A stretch of DNA of 64,000 bases from a virus. The notes beneath the pieces are model-generated. The model had not been told where the DNA came from and did not search any database. It saw nothing but the letters and a program-made list of their open reading frames with translations. The first letter of the stretch is position 1. Each line of letters opens with the position of its first letter. Positions 44,335 through 53,804 of this stretch are shown here, one piece after another. Location of the stretch: IMG/VR virus record IMGVR_UViG_3300021963_004854, positions 107,567 to 171,566 of that record. One strand, written 5' to 3'. The translations under genes and the position numbers were made by a program.

Positions 44335-45804
44335 ATGATTTCCAGTGAACTTTTTGAAATTGATGCCGCTTGTGTCCGTCGAGAAGAAATGACGGTCGAG
44401 CGCCTATATTACATGATGACCACCGCGCTGTCTAGGCTCAATCCTAATCCCGTTGGTCAACGGGCACCAACTAATGATGGCTTCCAGAATAGCAAGAACG
44501 AAGGGATCATCGAATCGATCCTCTCTGGATATGGTGTCGATACCATCTATCTCCGCGATATCACTGTGTATGAGCCAGAACATCCCATCCGCAAGTTGTA
44601 TAACAACGATGGTTATTTGACAATCGATGGCGGTCACCGCTGCCGTGCCATTCGTTGGTTCATCGAAAACAAGTTTTATATTACCATCGATGACAACAAG
44701 TTTTTCTTCCGCGATTTGCCACGCGATATTCTTGAGAAGTTTATGCAGGCGACGGTAGCCGTGAAGTATATCGTTTGCACCTCTGGACAGGCTCACAAGT
44801 GGTTCCTGATGATTAACAAGATGACCAAGACCAATGAGATTGAGTCCATCATGGCTGATGATGAGTCAGATGTTACGCGGTTCATCCGCACCATGACCTG
44901 GTATGTCAAGGAATATGGCAACCGCGAACAGATTCATCCGATCTTCCGTGTCTATATTTCCGAGAAGAGTGACTATACCACCGACCTCTGGAACAAAGCC
45001 AATCTTGGCGGTTCGTTCTACTATCACGCATTCATCACCCTTGCCAAGGCAATTGGCAACGGAAATGTGAATGCAGGCGAGACCGCATGGAAGAGGATTA
45101 TTGCAGATGATTATGCTGGAAAGCCTCTAACCAAGAACGCAATCGAAATCTGGAACAAGTTCTTTGATGACCTGTTAAAGTTCCAAAAGATTGTTGGCTA
45201 TAAGAAGGGATTGGACGATGATAGCTTCGGCTTCTTCTCTTGCTTCTGGTTCCACTTGTTAAACAAGTATGGCAAGAACTTCCGTCTAGACATGGACACT
45301 CTTGCCCCTATCCTGGCACGCGCCAAGACTCTCTTGACAATCAAGAATGGCACCCAGCACAATGACTATGACGATACTATCGTCACGGGTGTTGATGGCG
45401 AGAATGAATATTTGAAGACCCTGATGCGGTCATATGTCAAGGCATTCTCATACGGAAGTAAGCAAGACTTTGCTGGTGAGTATATCCTCAATGAAGTCGA
45501 ACGCCAATCGGATGATGACACTGGCATCATTGTGATGGACAATCGCCGCAGTCTGTCTCTCCGCGACAAGGAAGCACTATTTGCAGCGCAGATGGGAAAG
45601 TGCTGGCTCGACTATAACGGGCATCCGTGTAAGAGTTCCGATAAGAAGTTGACGATTGACGATTGCGTCCTCGCCCACGATACGCCATATGCATATGGCG
45701 GTAAGGCAAGCGATGGGGTGATTATGTGTAATTCGTGCCACTCCAAGCAGGGTATGCTTACTCTTGATGAATATGTGGCACACCTCAATTCAGAAACCGC
45801 TTGA
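44335..45804 (+). CDS. DUF262 (ParB/Srx, GmrS-like) + C-terminal HNH-like nuclease
   Basis: QR, IIESIL.G, IDGGHR, F..IN; C-term Q.GKC...H..P...GG......C..C. Confidence 0.7.
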   Translation: MISSELFEIDAACVRREEMTVERLYYMMTTALSRLNPNPVGQRAPTNDGFQNSKNEGIIESILSGYGVDTIYLRDITVYEPEHPIRKLYNNDGYLTIDGGHRCRAIRWFIENKFYITIDDNKFFFRDLPRDILEKFMQATVAVKYIVCTSGQAHKWFLMINKMTKTNEIESIMADDESDVTRFIRTMTWYVKEYGNREQIHPIFRVYISEKSDYTTDLWNKANLGGSFYYHAFITLAKAIGNGNVNAGETAWKRIIADDYAGKPLTKNAIEIWNKFFDDLLKFQKIVGYKKGLDDDSFGFFSCFWFHLLNKYGKNFRLDMDTLAPILARAKTLLTIKNGTQHNDYDDTIVTGVDGENEYLKTLMRSYVKAFSYGSKQDFAGEYILNEVERQSDDDTGIIVMDNRRSLSLRDKEALFAAQMGKCWLDYNGHPCKSSDKKLTIDDCVLAHDTPYAYGGKASDGVIMCNSCHSKQGMLTLDEYVAHLNSETA

Positions 45805-45829
45805 CATTTACCAGCGAATCATCTATAAG
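45801..45829 (+). promoter_or_regulatory. Early promoter (GANTC family)
   Basis: TTGACA 45801, CGAATCA 45815, TATAAG 45824. Confidence 0.8.
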
Positions 45830-45852
45830 TAATTATAGAAAGTGAGATTGTT

Positions 45853-46131
45853 ATGTATACGATTGAAGAAACCATTCAGCATATTGATAACCCCAATAAT
45901 TGGTGCAGCATGGCCGATATCTGGGAAGTTGAAGACCGCACCGCTATCGTGTGGGCAGAAGAAGTTGAGAATAAATCGACCACTGCCCCGTGGCGTACCT
46001 CGTATGTTGTCCGATATTGGGAAAAAGGTGAGTGGAAAGATACCCGGTCGTTCTATACGGAGACCGCGGCACTTGATTTTGCCCGCGATTTTGTCAACAG
46101 CCCACATCGGTTCCCATATCCTACCGACTAA
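45853..46131 (+). CDS. Early hypothetical protein
   Basis: Follows a promoter. Confidence 0.7.
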   Translation: MYTIEETIQHIDNPNNWCSMADIWEVEDRTAIVWAEEVENKSTTAPWRTSYVVRYWEKGEWKDTRSFYTETAALDFARDFVNSPHRFPYPTD

Positions 46132-46133
46132 AA

Positions 46134-46168
46134 GAATCACTTGACATTCCTAGCGAATCTGCTATTAT
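46134..46168 (+). promoter_or_regulatory. Early promoter (GANTC family)
   Basis: GAATC 46134, TTGACA 46141, CGAATC 46154, TATTAT 46163. Confidence 0.85.
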
Positions 46169-46197
46169 GAGAATATAGAGTGAAAAAGGAGATTGTT

Positions 46198-46449
46198 ATG
46201 CGAGTCGAACCTGTTGGTATGAATATTCAAGGCGTTGTGCGTGAGATTTGTAACTTCCTGGCTTATGTCGGTGACTTTTACGCCGATGGCGGTCTGTATG
46301 ATATGGGTGCGACCTCGCGCCAGATCATTGACGCCTTCGACATTTACGCCAACCGCGTTGGCTATGAGAACCTTGCACTGGATTCGGTCGACCGTGAGGG
46401 CGTCCGTGATGTAATGATTGAACAATTTGGATTGGTATTTCCCGAATGA
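46198..46449 (+). CDS. Early hypothetical protein
   Basis: AAGGAG RBS; FY..GG.Y.MG, DSVDRE.VR. Confidence 0.75.
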   Translation: MRVEPVGMNIQGVVREICNFLAYVGDFYADGGLYDMGATSRQIIDAFDIYANRVGYENLALDSVDREGVRDVMIEQFGLVFPE

Positions 46450-47747
46450 GATATAAATGGATTAATCAGCTAAACGAGTCCGATAGCCGCCTGCACAAGG
46501 AAGATGTTCTTGCGCGGGCATTGGCTGCAGGTGACCATGTGTTCCTGAACGGCATTCGTAACTGCTACAACCCATACATTACCTTTGGCGTGAAGCAGAT
46601 TCCATCGACGGAGGGCATCACAGGTGCACCGAACCCGTATGAGGACTTTGATGAACTGCTTGCCAAGCTGGCCGCTCGACAGTTGACTGGCCACGCAGCC
46701 AGGGATGCCATCCTTGGTATGTCCCTCAAGTTTGATAGTGATGAGTGGAATCTGTTCCTTGCTCCTATCTTGCGCCGTGATATGCGGGCAGGCTTTAGTG
46801 ATAGAACTATCAATAAGGTATGCAAGGGTACCGAATATGTAATTCCCACCTTTGGTTGCCAGCTGGCTGCTAACAGCGAGGGTCGACCAGAGATGGTAGG
46901 TACCAAGTGGCTTGAGCCTAAGCTGGATGGTGCCCGTGTGTTGCTAGTTGTTTCGGATGACAATACGGCCACTTGCTACAGCCGCAACGGCAAGGTGTTC
47001 GATAACTTCCCACATGTGGAACAACAGGTCCTAAGTAATGTGTATGCTATACGCACCTACCTTCGTATCAAGGGCGGCTTCGTGCTTGACGGCGAGATTA
47101 TGGGCAAGTCCTTCCAAGACCTGATGCGTCAAGCACAGCGCAAGGAGAACGTCCAGACGCAGGACACCGTGTTCAATGTGTTTGACATTCTGCCTCTTGA
47201 GGACTTCAAGCGTGGCTTCTGGAATGCCCAGTTGCGCAAGCGCCTTGCTATCCTATCCGATATGCAGCCTGTATTTGATGCGATGCCCAACGTTACGCGG
47301 GTCGATAGCCAGATTGTGGTAGACCTCAGCACCGAAGAAGGCCGCACCAAGCTCCACGAGTATGCTACCGAGATGGTAACCGCTGGCTTTGAAGGTATCA
47401 TGATTAAAGACATGGAAGCACCGTATGAGTGTAAGCGCAACACCTTCTGGATGAAGTGGAAGCCTGTTATCACCGTCGATCTCCCCGTCATTGGCCTAGA
47501 AGAAGGCACTGGTCGTAACAAGGGTCGTCTAGGCGCTCTGGTGTGTCGTGGTGTTGACCATAGCAAGGAGATTAGTGTCAACGTGGGTAGTGGCTTTAGT
47601 GACACCGAGCGTGACCTATTCTGGAAGCAACAGGAATTAATCGTTGGTCGCACAGCCGAAATCTTGTGCGATGTTATAACTCAGAACCAAGACGGTACCT
47701 ATTCACTGAGGTTTCCACGGTTCGTTCGATGGAGGGATGACAAGTGA
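46446..47747 (+). CDS. gp30: ATP-dependent DNA ligase
   Basis: KLDGAR, DGEI, FD, EGIMIK, WMKWK, SLRFPRF..WR.DK. Confidence 0.95.
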   Translation: MRYKWINQLNESDSRLHKEDVLARALAAGDHVFLNGIRNCYNPYITFGVKQIPSTEGITGAPNPYEDFDELLAKLAARQLTGHAARDAILGMSLKFDSDEWNLFLAPILRRDMRAGFSDRTINKVCKGTEYVIPTFGCQLAANSEGRPEMVGTKWLEPKLDGARVLLVVSDDNTATCYSRNGKVFDNFPHVEQQVLSNVYAIRTYLRIKGGFVLDGEIMGKSFQDLMRQAQRKENVQTQDTVFNVFDILPLEDFKRGFWNAQLRKRLAILSDMQPVFDAMPNVTRVDSQIVVDLSTEEGRTKLHEYATEMVTAGFEGIMIKDMEAPYECKRNTFWMKWKPVITVDLPVIGLEEGTGRNKGRLGALVCRGVDHSKEISVNVGSGFSDTERDLFWKQQELIVGRTAEILCDVITQNQDGTYSLRFPRFVRWRDDK

Positions 47748-48184
47748 CTTATCTAGCAACCGCATACCGTTGGGGATGGACCAACGCCCATAGTTATATT
47801 GTCTATTGCGGGAATGACTATGACCGTGCATTGGAACTCGCAGAGGAAGAAAACAATGACCGCGCGGGTAAGTATGGTGTAGATGTTCGCCAGTATGATG
47901 AGGAAGGCGACTGGCAGATGCTACTAGCATATTTCAAGTCCAGTTATGGCGAGGACATGCCTCATCACAACTATCGTCTTGACTATTTCAACACCCTCGG
48001 ACATATGATGGACGAATATGTGAATGGTACATTCTATGAAGTCCAAGAGGGTGGATCGGTGCTACAGAGAACTTCTATTGAACCTGATCCTCGCATAGTT
48101 GCACGGGCTAGGAGCCGCAAAGAATTCTATGACGCCTTACAGGAAGGTCTAATCACAAGAGGAGAAGACAATGGCAATCATTGA
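47744..48184 (+). CDS. Hypothetical protein
   Basis: GTGA-coupled. Confidence 0.7.
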   Translation: MTYLATAYRWGWTNAHSYIVYCGNDYDRALELAEEENNDRAGKYGVDVRQYDEEGDWQMLLAYFKSSYGEDMPHHNYRLDYFNTLGHMMDEYVNGTFYEVQEGGSVLQRTSIEPDPRIVARARSRKEFYDALQEGLITRGEDNGNH

Positions 48185-48539
48185 CAATAACAATAGCAAT
48201 TTCAGACCAATTGACTGGGATAGCATTTCAATTCCAGCCAATACTAGCCACACCATTACGGGCACCACTGGTACCTTCACAGCCGGTCTACCCGGCGCTC
48301 TTATTGATTACACCATGGAACATGATAGGGATTGGCTGGATGCATCTGGTACACCAAAAGATCAGATGGAAGCCATATTCAAGAAGGAAATGGCAGTCAA
48401 GCTGGCTGAAAAGATGATTGCGGATGGCCATGTTCTATTCACCAAGCAAGACATAATGCATAATAATACCGTTCGCTATAAGGCCTACACCTGGGTGGGC
48501 AACAAAGACTTTATTGAACAGCGGCGTAAATACGGATAG
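48171..48539 (+). CDS. Hypothetical protein
   Basis: AGGAG RBS. Confidence 0.7.
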   Translation: MAIIDNNNSNFRPIDWDSISIPANTSHTITGTTGTFTAGLPGALIDYTMEHDRDWLDASGTPKDQMEAIFKKEMAVKLAEKMIADGHVLFTKQDIMHNNTVRYKAYTWVGNKDFIEQRRKYG

Positions 48540-48547
48540 GGAACACC

Positions 48548-49138
48548 ATGTCAAGCAATGAAACCTTTACTATTGATGAGCGACTAGAAATCACGCAGGC
48601 CAAGGACCTAATCCGCAAGAACCTCCGTGACCTGTTCGAAGGTCTGCCTATCAGTTATTATGAGCATTTCAAGACCGCCATTCTTACTGGTGGTGCTATT
48701 GGTTCTGTTCTCCGCAAAGAGACACCGAATGACTGGGACATGTATCTGGAGCAATCAAGCGCCGACAATTTCATGAAAAAAGTGCTGGCTAATACGGACA
48801 ATATTCAGGCCAGCATCCTAGAACTGCCCCACAAGTATACTGGCACTAAGGTAAATGGTAAGTATGTAACTGCATATGCTACCACCTTCGTGAACAAGCT
48901 CCAGGTAATCACCGGGTTCAATAAGACCCACCGCTTGGAGTTTGATTTTGTCCACTGTATGCCATACTTTGATATGAAGACCCAGAAGCTCCACATCTCC
49001 AAGCAACAGTATAGTGCATGTAAGGAGAAGAAGCTAATTAAGAATCCGCGTGTGGTAAAGCCAGCGGGTGAAATGCATACCTCCATTAAGAGGATAGAGA
49101 AGCTCCTGGATAGGGGATGGACATTAATGCCGACATGA
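48548..49138 (+). CDS. Pol-beta-type nucleotidyltransferase-like protein
   Basis: LTGGAI.S.......NDWDMY, FDFVHC, R..K...RGW. Confidence 0.7.
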   Translation: MSSNETFTIDERLEITQAKDLIRKNLRDLFEGLPISYYEHFKTAILTGGAIGSVLRKETPNDWDMYLEQSSADNFMKKVLANTDNIQASILELPHKYTGTKVNGKYVTAYATTFVNKLQVITGFNKTHRLEFDFVHCMPYFDMKTQKLHISKQQYSACKEKKLIKNPRVVKPAGEMHTSIKRIEKLLDRGWTLMPT

Positions 49139-49143
49139 CCAAA

Positions 49144-49212
49144 CGAATCGCTTGACATTTCCGACGAATCTGCTATTGTTAGTAAGTAGTCAGTGAGAGA
49201 AAGTGATTCGAA
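49144..49212 (+). promoter_or_regulatory. Early promoter cassette with three GANTC sites
   Basis: CGAATCG 49144, TTGACA 49152, CGAATC 49165, TATTGT 49174, TGATTCG 49204. Confidence 0.88.
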
Positions 49213-49314
49213 ATGTTTGCTCTTGTTTTTGCCCTTGTCTTGATTCCAGTCTTCCAGATCATTCGGGAAGACCTTGTTGCTGGTTATGAACTCGTTCCTG
49301 CTGAGGTGATGTAA
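49213..49314 (+). CDS. 33-aa hydrophobic early peptide (not in ORF track)
   Basis: MFALVFALVLIPVFQIIREDL...; ATG at the cassette start position. Confidence 0.55.
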   Translation: MFALVFALVLIPVFQIIREDLVAGYELVPAEVM

Positions 49315-49315
49315 G

Positions 49316-49453
49316 ATGATTAAGGTTCAGTATCGCTACTATAACTATTCCCTAAAGACCAAGTTTTTTGAGGAATACGAAGATGCCCGCAAGTTTTGGA
49401 ACTACATGCGTGTCCAATCCGGCATCCGCTATGCTGAGTTGATTACCGCTTGA
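49316..49453 (+). CDS. 45-aa early protein (not in ORF track)
   Basis: MIKVQYRYYNY...ELITA*; GAGGTG RBS; stop lies in the next -35 box. Confidence 0.6.
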   Translation: MIKVQYRYYNYSLKTKFFEEYEDARKFWNYMRVQSGIRYAELITA

Positions 49454-49512
49454 CATTTGGTCGCGAATCGACTATAGTTATTAAGTAGTCAGTGAGAAGA
49501 AAGTGATTCGTT
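49450..49512 (+). promoter_or_regulatory. Early promoter cassette (GANTC family)
   Basis: TTGACA 49450, CGAATCG 49464, TATAGT 49473, TGATTCG 49504. Confidence 0.88.
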
Positions 49513-49749
49513 ATGATTGATATCCTCGAGAACGTTGAGAAGTTTGACCGTGTTGTTGCCGAGCATGTCCTGTGGATGTTTGATGACGCCGAAGAGATTG
49601 GAAGCAGCGATATCAACGCCTGCGTCAACAACATTCTGATGGAATATTACCCCAAAGCGAGTGACGCTCCTGTTCACCAGTTTTCGATTGCCAAGATTGC
49701 AGTCCGTCAAGCCCTGATGAACATGGAAGATATTCGCCAGCTCTACTAA
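49513..49749 (+). CDS. Early hypothetical protein
   Basis: Follows a cassette. Confidence 0.7.
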   Translation: MIDILENVEKFDRVVAEHVLWMFDDAEEIGSSDINACVNNILMEYYPKASDAPVHQFSIAKIAVRQALMNMEDIRQLY

Positions 49750-49751
49750 TT

Positions 49752-49820
49752 ACCGCTTGACATTTTGTGTGGTTATGCTATTATAAAATGTAAGTTGAAA
49801 AGAGAAAGTGATTCGTTATG
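49752..49820 (+). repeat. Early promoter cassette, near-identical to 33669-33737
   Basis: TTGACA 49757, TGATTCG 49809. Confidence 0.85.
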
Positions 49821-49988
49821 AAATACCAGTTTGAAGCAAATAGCAAGAAAATCGTGGTCGAGGCAGATAAGATGCTGTCCGCCATGGCCGAAGCCAACAA
49901 GCAGTTCCGCAGTCTCCCACAGGGTGCCTGGATGGCTGTTGGTTCGTTGAATAGCTACCGCTGGGTACCTGGTAATTTTGTCGATTAA
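49818..49988 (+). CDS. 56-aa early protein (not in ORF track)
   Basis: MKYQFEANSKKIVVEA...; follows a cassette. Confidence 0.65.
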   Translation: MKYQFEANSKKIVVEADKMLSAMAEANKQFRSLPQGAWMAVGSLNSYRWVPGNFVD

Positions 49989-49999
49989 GGAGTTTTGTT

Positions 50000-50182
50000 A
50001 TGAACGGTTTTGAACAGAATATCGCAGCGATTACAGGTCGCGCATCACCGGTCGAAGTAAATGAAATCGTCCAACAAATGTATGCATATGGTCTCCGCTT
50101 TAGCGAACTGTCTGCGGCTTCTTTTAAGACATGGGCCAAGCGTTGTGAACGTGAATTGGTCGATGCTAAAATTCTCAACTAA
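50000..50182 (+). CDS. Hypothetical protein
   Basis: TAAGGAGTTTTGTTATG leader, repeated at 50180. Confidence 0.7.
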   Translation: MNGFEQNIAAITGRASPVEVNEIVQQMYAYGLRFSELSAASFKTWAKRCERELVDAKILN

Positions 50183-50193
50183 GGAGTTTTGTT

Positions 50194-50397
50194 ATGATTG
50201 ATGTTACTGAAATGACCGATGCCGAGTTGCTCTCGGCACTGATAGAAAATGCAAATGTTCCCGATGAGGCTCGGTTGTCCTATAAAGCAGGATACTACGA
50301 AGGTGCCCTCCTCTCCCTAATGGCACGTTTTCCCGAGGTGCGGAAAGAGATTAGTGAGCGCGCCCGTATGGCCAACTGGAATAAACAAGGAGTTTGA
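50194..50397 (+). CDS. Hypothetical protein
   Basis: Same leader; Y.AGYY motif. Confidence 0.7.
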   Translation: MIDVTEMTDAELLSALIENANVPDEARLSYKAGYYEGALLSLMARFPEVRKEISERARMANWNKQGV

Positions 50398-50399
50398 TT

Positions 50400-50615
50400 A
50401 TGTTATATTGGATTGTTTCTTTTTCTATTTTGGCATATGCAGTATATAAGGCAGCCCAAAAAGATTTTACATACGGTCGCGGTGATACGACTATCGATCC
50501 GAATAAACTGATGCCTTATATCCTCGCCACAATGTTGGCTTTCTTTGCGTGGCCGATTGTTATACCTATGGTTGGCATCTACAAATTAGGTGAACGTTTT
50601 AAGAAGGAAGTTTGA
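50400..50615 (+). CDS. Small membrane protein (paralog of next gene)
   Basis: Two TM helices, WP....P..G.Y.LG. Confidence 0.7.
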   Translation: MLYWIVSFSILAYAVYKAAQKDFTYGRGDTTIDPNKLMPYILATMLAFFAWPIVIPMVGIYKLGERFKKEV

Positions 50616-50617
50616 TT

Positions 50618-50854
50618 ATGCTTGGATTGTATGTCATTGTTGCAATTGTTCTTGGTTTGTTTTGTGCGTATCGCGTGGGACAGGTGGATGACTACACTCG
50701 CCGAGAGGTTGGTCCGTTATTTTTCATTATTGTTCCCTGTTGGCCATTGGTACTTGTCCTTGCTATCGTAGCAGGTCCATTCGTTGGTGTCTATTACCTC
50801 GGACATAGGAAGCGCGAAGCAGCCCGTAAGGCGGCAAAGGATAAACGTCCATGA
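50618..50854 (+). CDS. Small membrane protein (paralog of previous gene)
   Basis: Two TM helices, WP.......P..G.Y.LG. Confidence 0.7.
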   Translation: MLGLYVIVAIVLGLFCAYRVGQVDDYTRREVGPLFFIIVPCWPLVLVLAIVAGPFVGVYYLGHRKREAARKAAKDKRP

Positions 50855-51102
50855 ATGCCAACATGCTAAGAAGTCCACGGGTAAAGACGGTTACCCAGCC
50901 TGCTATCCAACCGCCATCGATGAATGTCCCTCTTCCCGAGAAGATGGAAATCCGTGTTGTGGAATACACCAAAGGCGATAAGATTGTCAAGGTGGAACTC
51001 CAGTATCGTATGTGGAACTTTGATGAGTATGGCATGATTGTCGATAAAACAGACTGGGAACCAGTGGAACGTATAAAGATTGATTTAGATGGAGATGTAT
51101 AA
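50851..51102 (+). CDS. Hypothetical protein
   Basis: LQYR...W..VERI. Confidence 0.65.
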   Translation: MNANMLRSPRVKTVTQPAIQPPSMNVPLPEKMEIRVVEYTKGDKIVKVELQYRMWNFDEYGMIVDKTDWEPVERIKIDLDGDV

Positions 51103-51542
51103 TGCCTAATTGGTGTTTAAATACTGTTACTGTGGAGCATGCCGACCCCGCAATGATGGACAAGTTTGAGGCGGCTGTCCGTGAGGGTAATCTGTTTCAG
51201 ACGTTCGTCCCTTTAACGGAATGGAAATATGATGATGCCGTTGAATCTTGGGGTACCAAGTGGGATATCTCCAACGGTGAGGTAATCGACCGCTATATGC
51301 CCGAGGTGCTTTGCGTCTCCTTTGAGACCGCGTGGTCGCCACCCATCGCATTCTATGATGACCTTATGCAACTGGGATTCACCGTCAACGCCCATTATTT
51401 TGAGTCGTCCTTCGTCGGCCAATATATAAACGGCGAAGAAGAATCTTATGACGTTGACCCGGATGACCTGTCCAATATTCCCGAAGATATGAACGAAATG
51501 TGGGGTATAACGGAGATGTATGAGGACTGGAATGAGGACTAA
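51102..51542 (+). CDS. DUF1281/YubB ferredoxin-like protein
   Basis: MPNWC.N, WGTKWD, FETAWSPP. Confidence 0.8.
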   Translation: MPNWCLNTVTVEHADPAMMDKFEAAVREGNLFQTFVPLTEWKYDDAVESWGTKWDISNGEVIDRYMPEVLCVSFETAWSPPIAFYDDLMQLGFTVNAHYFESSFVGQYINGEEESYDVDPDDLSNIPEDMNEMWGITEMYEDWNED

Positions 51543-52056
51543 AAAGCCTCGAAATCCATTTGATGCTCTTTTAGAGATGTGCAAGAAAAATGGAGTATAC
51601 CAACTGGGTGATGGCTCATGGGCAATAAATTCGTCTACTAATCGTAGGCGAATGGAAAAAACAGGGTCATCGGTTGGTGGGGCAGCGGGCCTGAATTCCA
51701 AAGAATGGATTCCCGCCAAGGTATTGATTACCGCACAGGACCTAGAACGCCAGTGGGAAAAACAAGGAAGAGTCTGCTATTGGCTTAAAATTCCAATTGA
51801 TTTGGGATTATTGTATAAGAGTCATCCCAACTGGTATCCAAAGCATCCTGGTGCACCATCTGTTGACCGCATAGACGATAGTAAGGACTATACACCAGAT
51901 AATATTCTTATTACATGTAGGTTCGCCAATTTCGGTAGAAACGTATATCCCTACGATAAAACCACCGAATTCATCGACTATGTAAAAAATTATATGATGG
52001 GGCTGATTGAATATCCCGAGGAAAACGTTTTTAATTTATGTGAGAAACATGCATGA
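51532..52056 (+). CDS. HNH-like endonuclease
   Basis: W.KQ...CYW, PSVDRID....Y..DN....C...N. Confidence 0.7.
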   Translation: MRTKKPRNPFDALLEMCKKNGVYQLGDGSWAINSSTNRRRMEKTGSSVGGAAGLNSKEWIPAKVLITAQDLERQWEKQGRVCYWLKIPIDLGLLYKSHPNWYPKHPGAPSVDRIDDSKDYTPDNILITCRFANFGRNVYPYDKTTEFIDYVKNYMMGLIEYPEENVFNLCEKHA

Positions 52057-52229
52057 GAACTAAAGAACAAGAGGCATTGGACAATATCCAGTGGCGCGAA
52101 GAGAAGTGCTGGGACATGGCTGAGGTATTCCTACAGAACCGTGACGCCCATGGTGTGATGGATATGGGTGCCGAATTACAGGCACTACAACGAGCCGCTG
52201 CCGAAATTCGGAAGATACAGGCTCAATGA
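52053..52229 (+). CDS. Hypothetical protein (58 aa, not in ORF track)
   Basis: MRTKEQEALDNIQWREEKCW...; ATGA-coupled on both sides. Confidence 0.6.
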   Translation: MRTKEQEALDNIQWREEKCWDMAEVFLQNRDAHGVMDMGAELQALQRAAAEIRKIQAQ

Positions 52230-52408
52230 GTAGAGAGTCCATGGTATCAATCCTATTGGGTGAGGTATATCAAGCGACAAGCCACACCAACCCAATACCA
52301 ATGAACCCGCGCCGAATAAAGAGGCTATTACGCCTAGATGGTGATTGCGGTGAGACATTGAACAGGTGCGCGGCCGCATGGATGAATAGAAGATATAATG
52401 ATGAATAA
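52226..52408 (+). CDS. Hypothetical protein
   Basis: ATGA-coupled. Confidence 0.55.
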   Translation: MSRESMVSILLGEVYQATSHTNPIPMNPRRIKRLLRLDGDCGETLNRCAAAWMNRRYNDE

Positions 52409-52550
52409 CTATCTGGTAGAGAGTGAACTAGGATATACCAACTACACCAATGGTAAGTATGTCACCGAAGACAATGCTACACATATAGCAGTGAGTCGGG
52501 ACGACCAATGGATGGTAGAGGTATACGAAAGAGAAGAGTTACCGCTATGA
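52398..52550 (+). CDS. Hypothetical protein (50 aa, not in ORF track)
   Basis: MMNNYLVESELGY...; coupled ORF. Confidence 0.5.
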   Translation: MMNNYLVESELGYTNYTNGKYVTEDNATHIAVSRDDQWMVEVYEREELPL

Positions 52551-52729
52551 GCCACGAAGATATGCTCTCGGCCATAAAGAAAGAATATCTTGGTAAGCTG
52601 AATGGTGCATTGATAGACCAGTATAGAAATGCCGTCAAGCACGACACAATAAACGTGGCCGAGTGGATTGATGAGTTTACTAAGAAAAACACAGCACTAG
52701 ATGACCTATTCAGTGGAACACCAGAATGA
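52547..52729 (+). CDS. Small protein ending ALDDLFSGTPE
   Basis: ATGA-coupled; C-terminal motif shared with the next gene. Confidence 0.6.
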   Translation: MSHEDMLSAIKKEYLGKLNGALIDQYRNAVKHDTINVAEWIDEFTKKNTALDDLFSGTPE

Positions 52730-52887
52730 ACTATGCTGGTGACGTAAGGATCAACCAAACCACTAAAATGCTTGAGATATACGATGGCACCAAATGGTTT
52801 CAGTCTAAGCCCGGGTTGAGAGATACACCCATTCCAACTGAAAAAGAAATAGCATTAGATGAACTATTCAAAGGAACAGAAGAATGA
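52726..52887 (+). CDS. Small protein ending ALDELFKGTEE (53 aa, not in ORF track)
   Basis: MNYAGDVRINQTTKMLEIYDG.KW... Confidence 0.6.
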   Translation: MNYAGDVRINQTTKMLEIYDGTKWFQSKPGLRDTPIPTEKEIALDELFKGTEE

Positions 52888-53018
52888 CAGAGAAAGAATG
52901 GTTAAAACTACCACTGCCAAACGAATCCCCTCTTATTCCATATAAGAGATATAGAGGTAGTAAAGTAACATGGTCCAGTGGCAAAACAGCCTACTATTGG
53001 GTGGAGTATCAATTTTGA
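52884..53018 (+). CDS. Hypothetical protein (44 aa, not in ORF track)
   Basis: MTEKEWLKLPLP...; ATGA-coupled. Confidence 0.45.
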   Translation: MTEKEWLKLPLPNESPLIPYKRYRGSKVTWSSGKTAYYWVEYQF

Positions 53019-53106
53019 TTAAATTTATTAAAGAAAATATCGAAGAATATGGACCAGTAGAATGGAGCATAGTAGTAACAATCCTAGTAGTATTGGTTAT
53101 TCTCGC

Positions 53107-53256
53107 ATGATAATGACAGCAATAGGTATAATCCTACTAGCATTGAATGCATATTATGTATGGAGAGATTTGAAGACCAATAGTATTAGTAGAGGAACGC
53201 TATTGAATGCAGCAGCGGTAGGGTGTGTAGGTACCACATTGCTCTGGGTTCAGTAA
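53107..53256 (+). CDS. Small membrane protein
   Basis: Two hydrophobic segments. Confidence 0.5.
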   Translation: MIMTAIGIILLALNAYYVWRDLKTNSISRGTLLNAAAVGCVGTTLLWVQ

Positions 53257-53460
53257 CCTTCACTGGATAAGTTAGTAAATCCCACTAACTATTAGTATAA
53301 TTTACGCATTCCACTGTCCATGAACTAGACCACGGATAATAAGACTATTTGAGAACCCATAGGCTGAGATAATTGCTCTTCCAATTTTCTCTTGACAAAG
53401 GACCTTCGGTAGTTTATATTAGTCATATAGCGAATCACTTCTAACCTATGAGGTACCACG

Positions 53461-53625
53461 ATGCGAGACTATACCATTACTAGAGTAAAGCCCGGCACCT
53501 ACCTGCTGGACCTATACGTTAACGGTTCCTGGGTTACCTCTAAGCAGGGTAACAAGTATGAGGTGGAGCAGTATGCCACTCGGTTCATCAATAAGCGTAT
53601 GCCACAGCGTTTCATTATGACCTAG
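53461..53625 (+). CDS. 54-aa early protein with its own promoter and terminator (not in ORF track)
   Basis: TTGACA 53392, TATATT 53415, CGAATCA 53431, GAGG RBS; MRDYTITRVKPGTYLLDLYVNG... Confidence 0.65.
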   Translation: MRDYTITRVKPGTYLLDLYVNGSWVTSKQGNKYEVEQYATRFINKRMPQRFIMT

Positions 53626-53657
53626 TTTTCCTTTCCTTTCGCTAGGTCATCATACTG

Positions 53658-53691
53658 GGTCCTCGGGTCAAACGACTCGGGGACCTTTTTT
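53658..53691 (+). terminator. Rho-independent terminator
   Basis: GGTCCTCGGGTC-AAAC-GACTCGGGGACC followed by a T run. Confidence 0.8.
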
Positions 53692-53804
53692 GATTCGAAT
53701 CACCGTAAAAGTCTTGACGAATCACTTGGCCTGTGGTATAAAGGAGTGTAGCTCCTAAAGAATAACTCCATTGAATCAATCACTTGGCTAGATGAAATTA
53801 GTGG

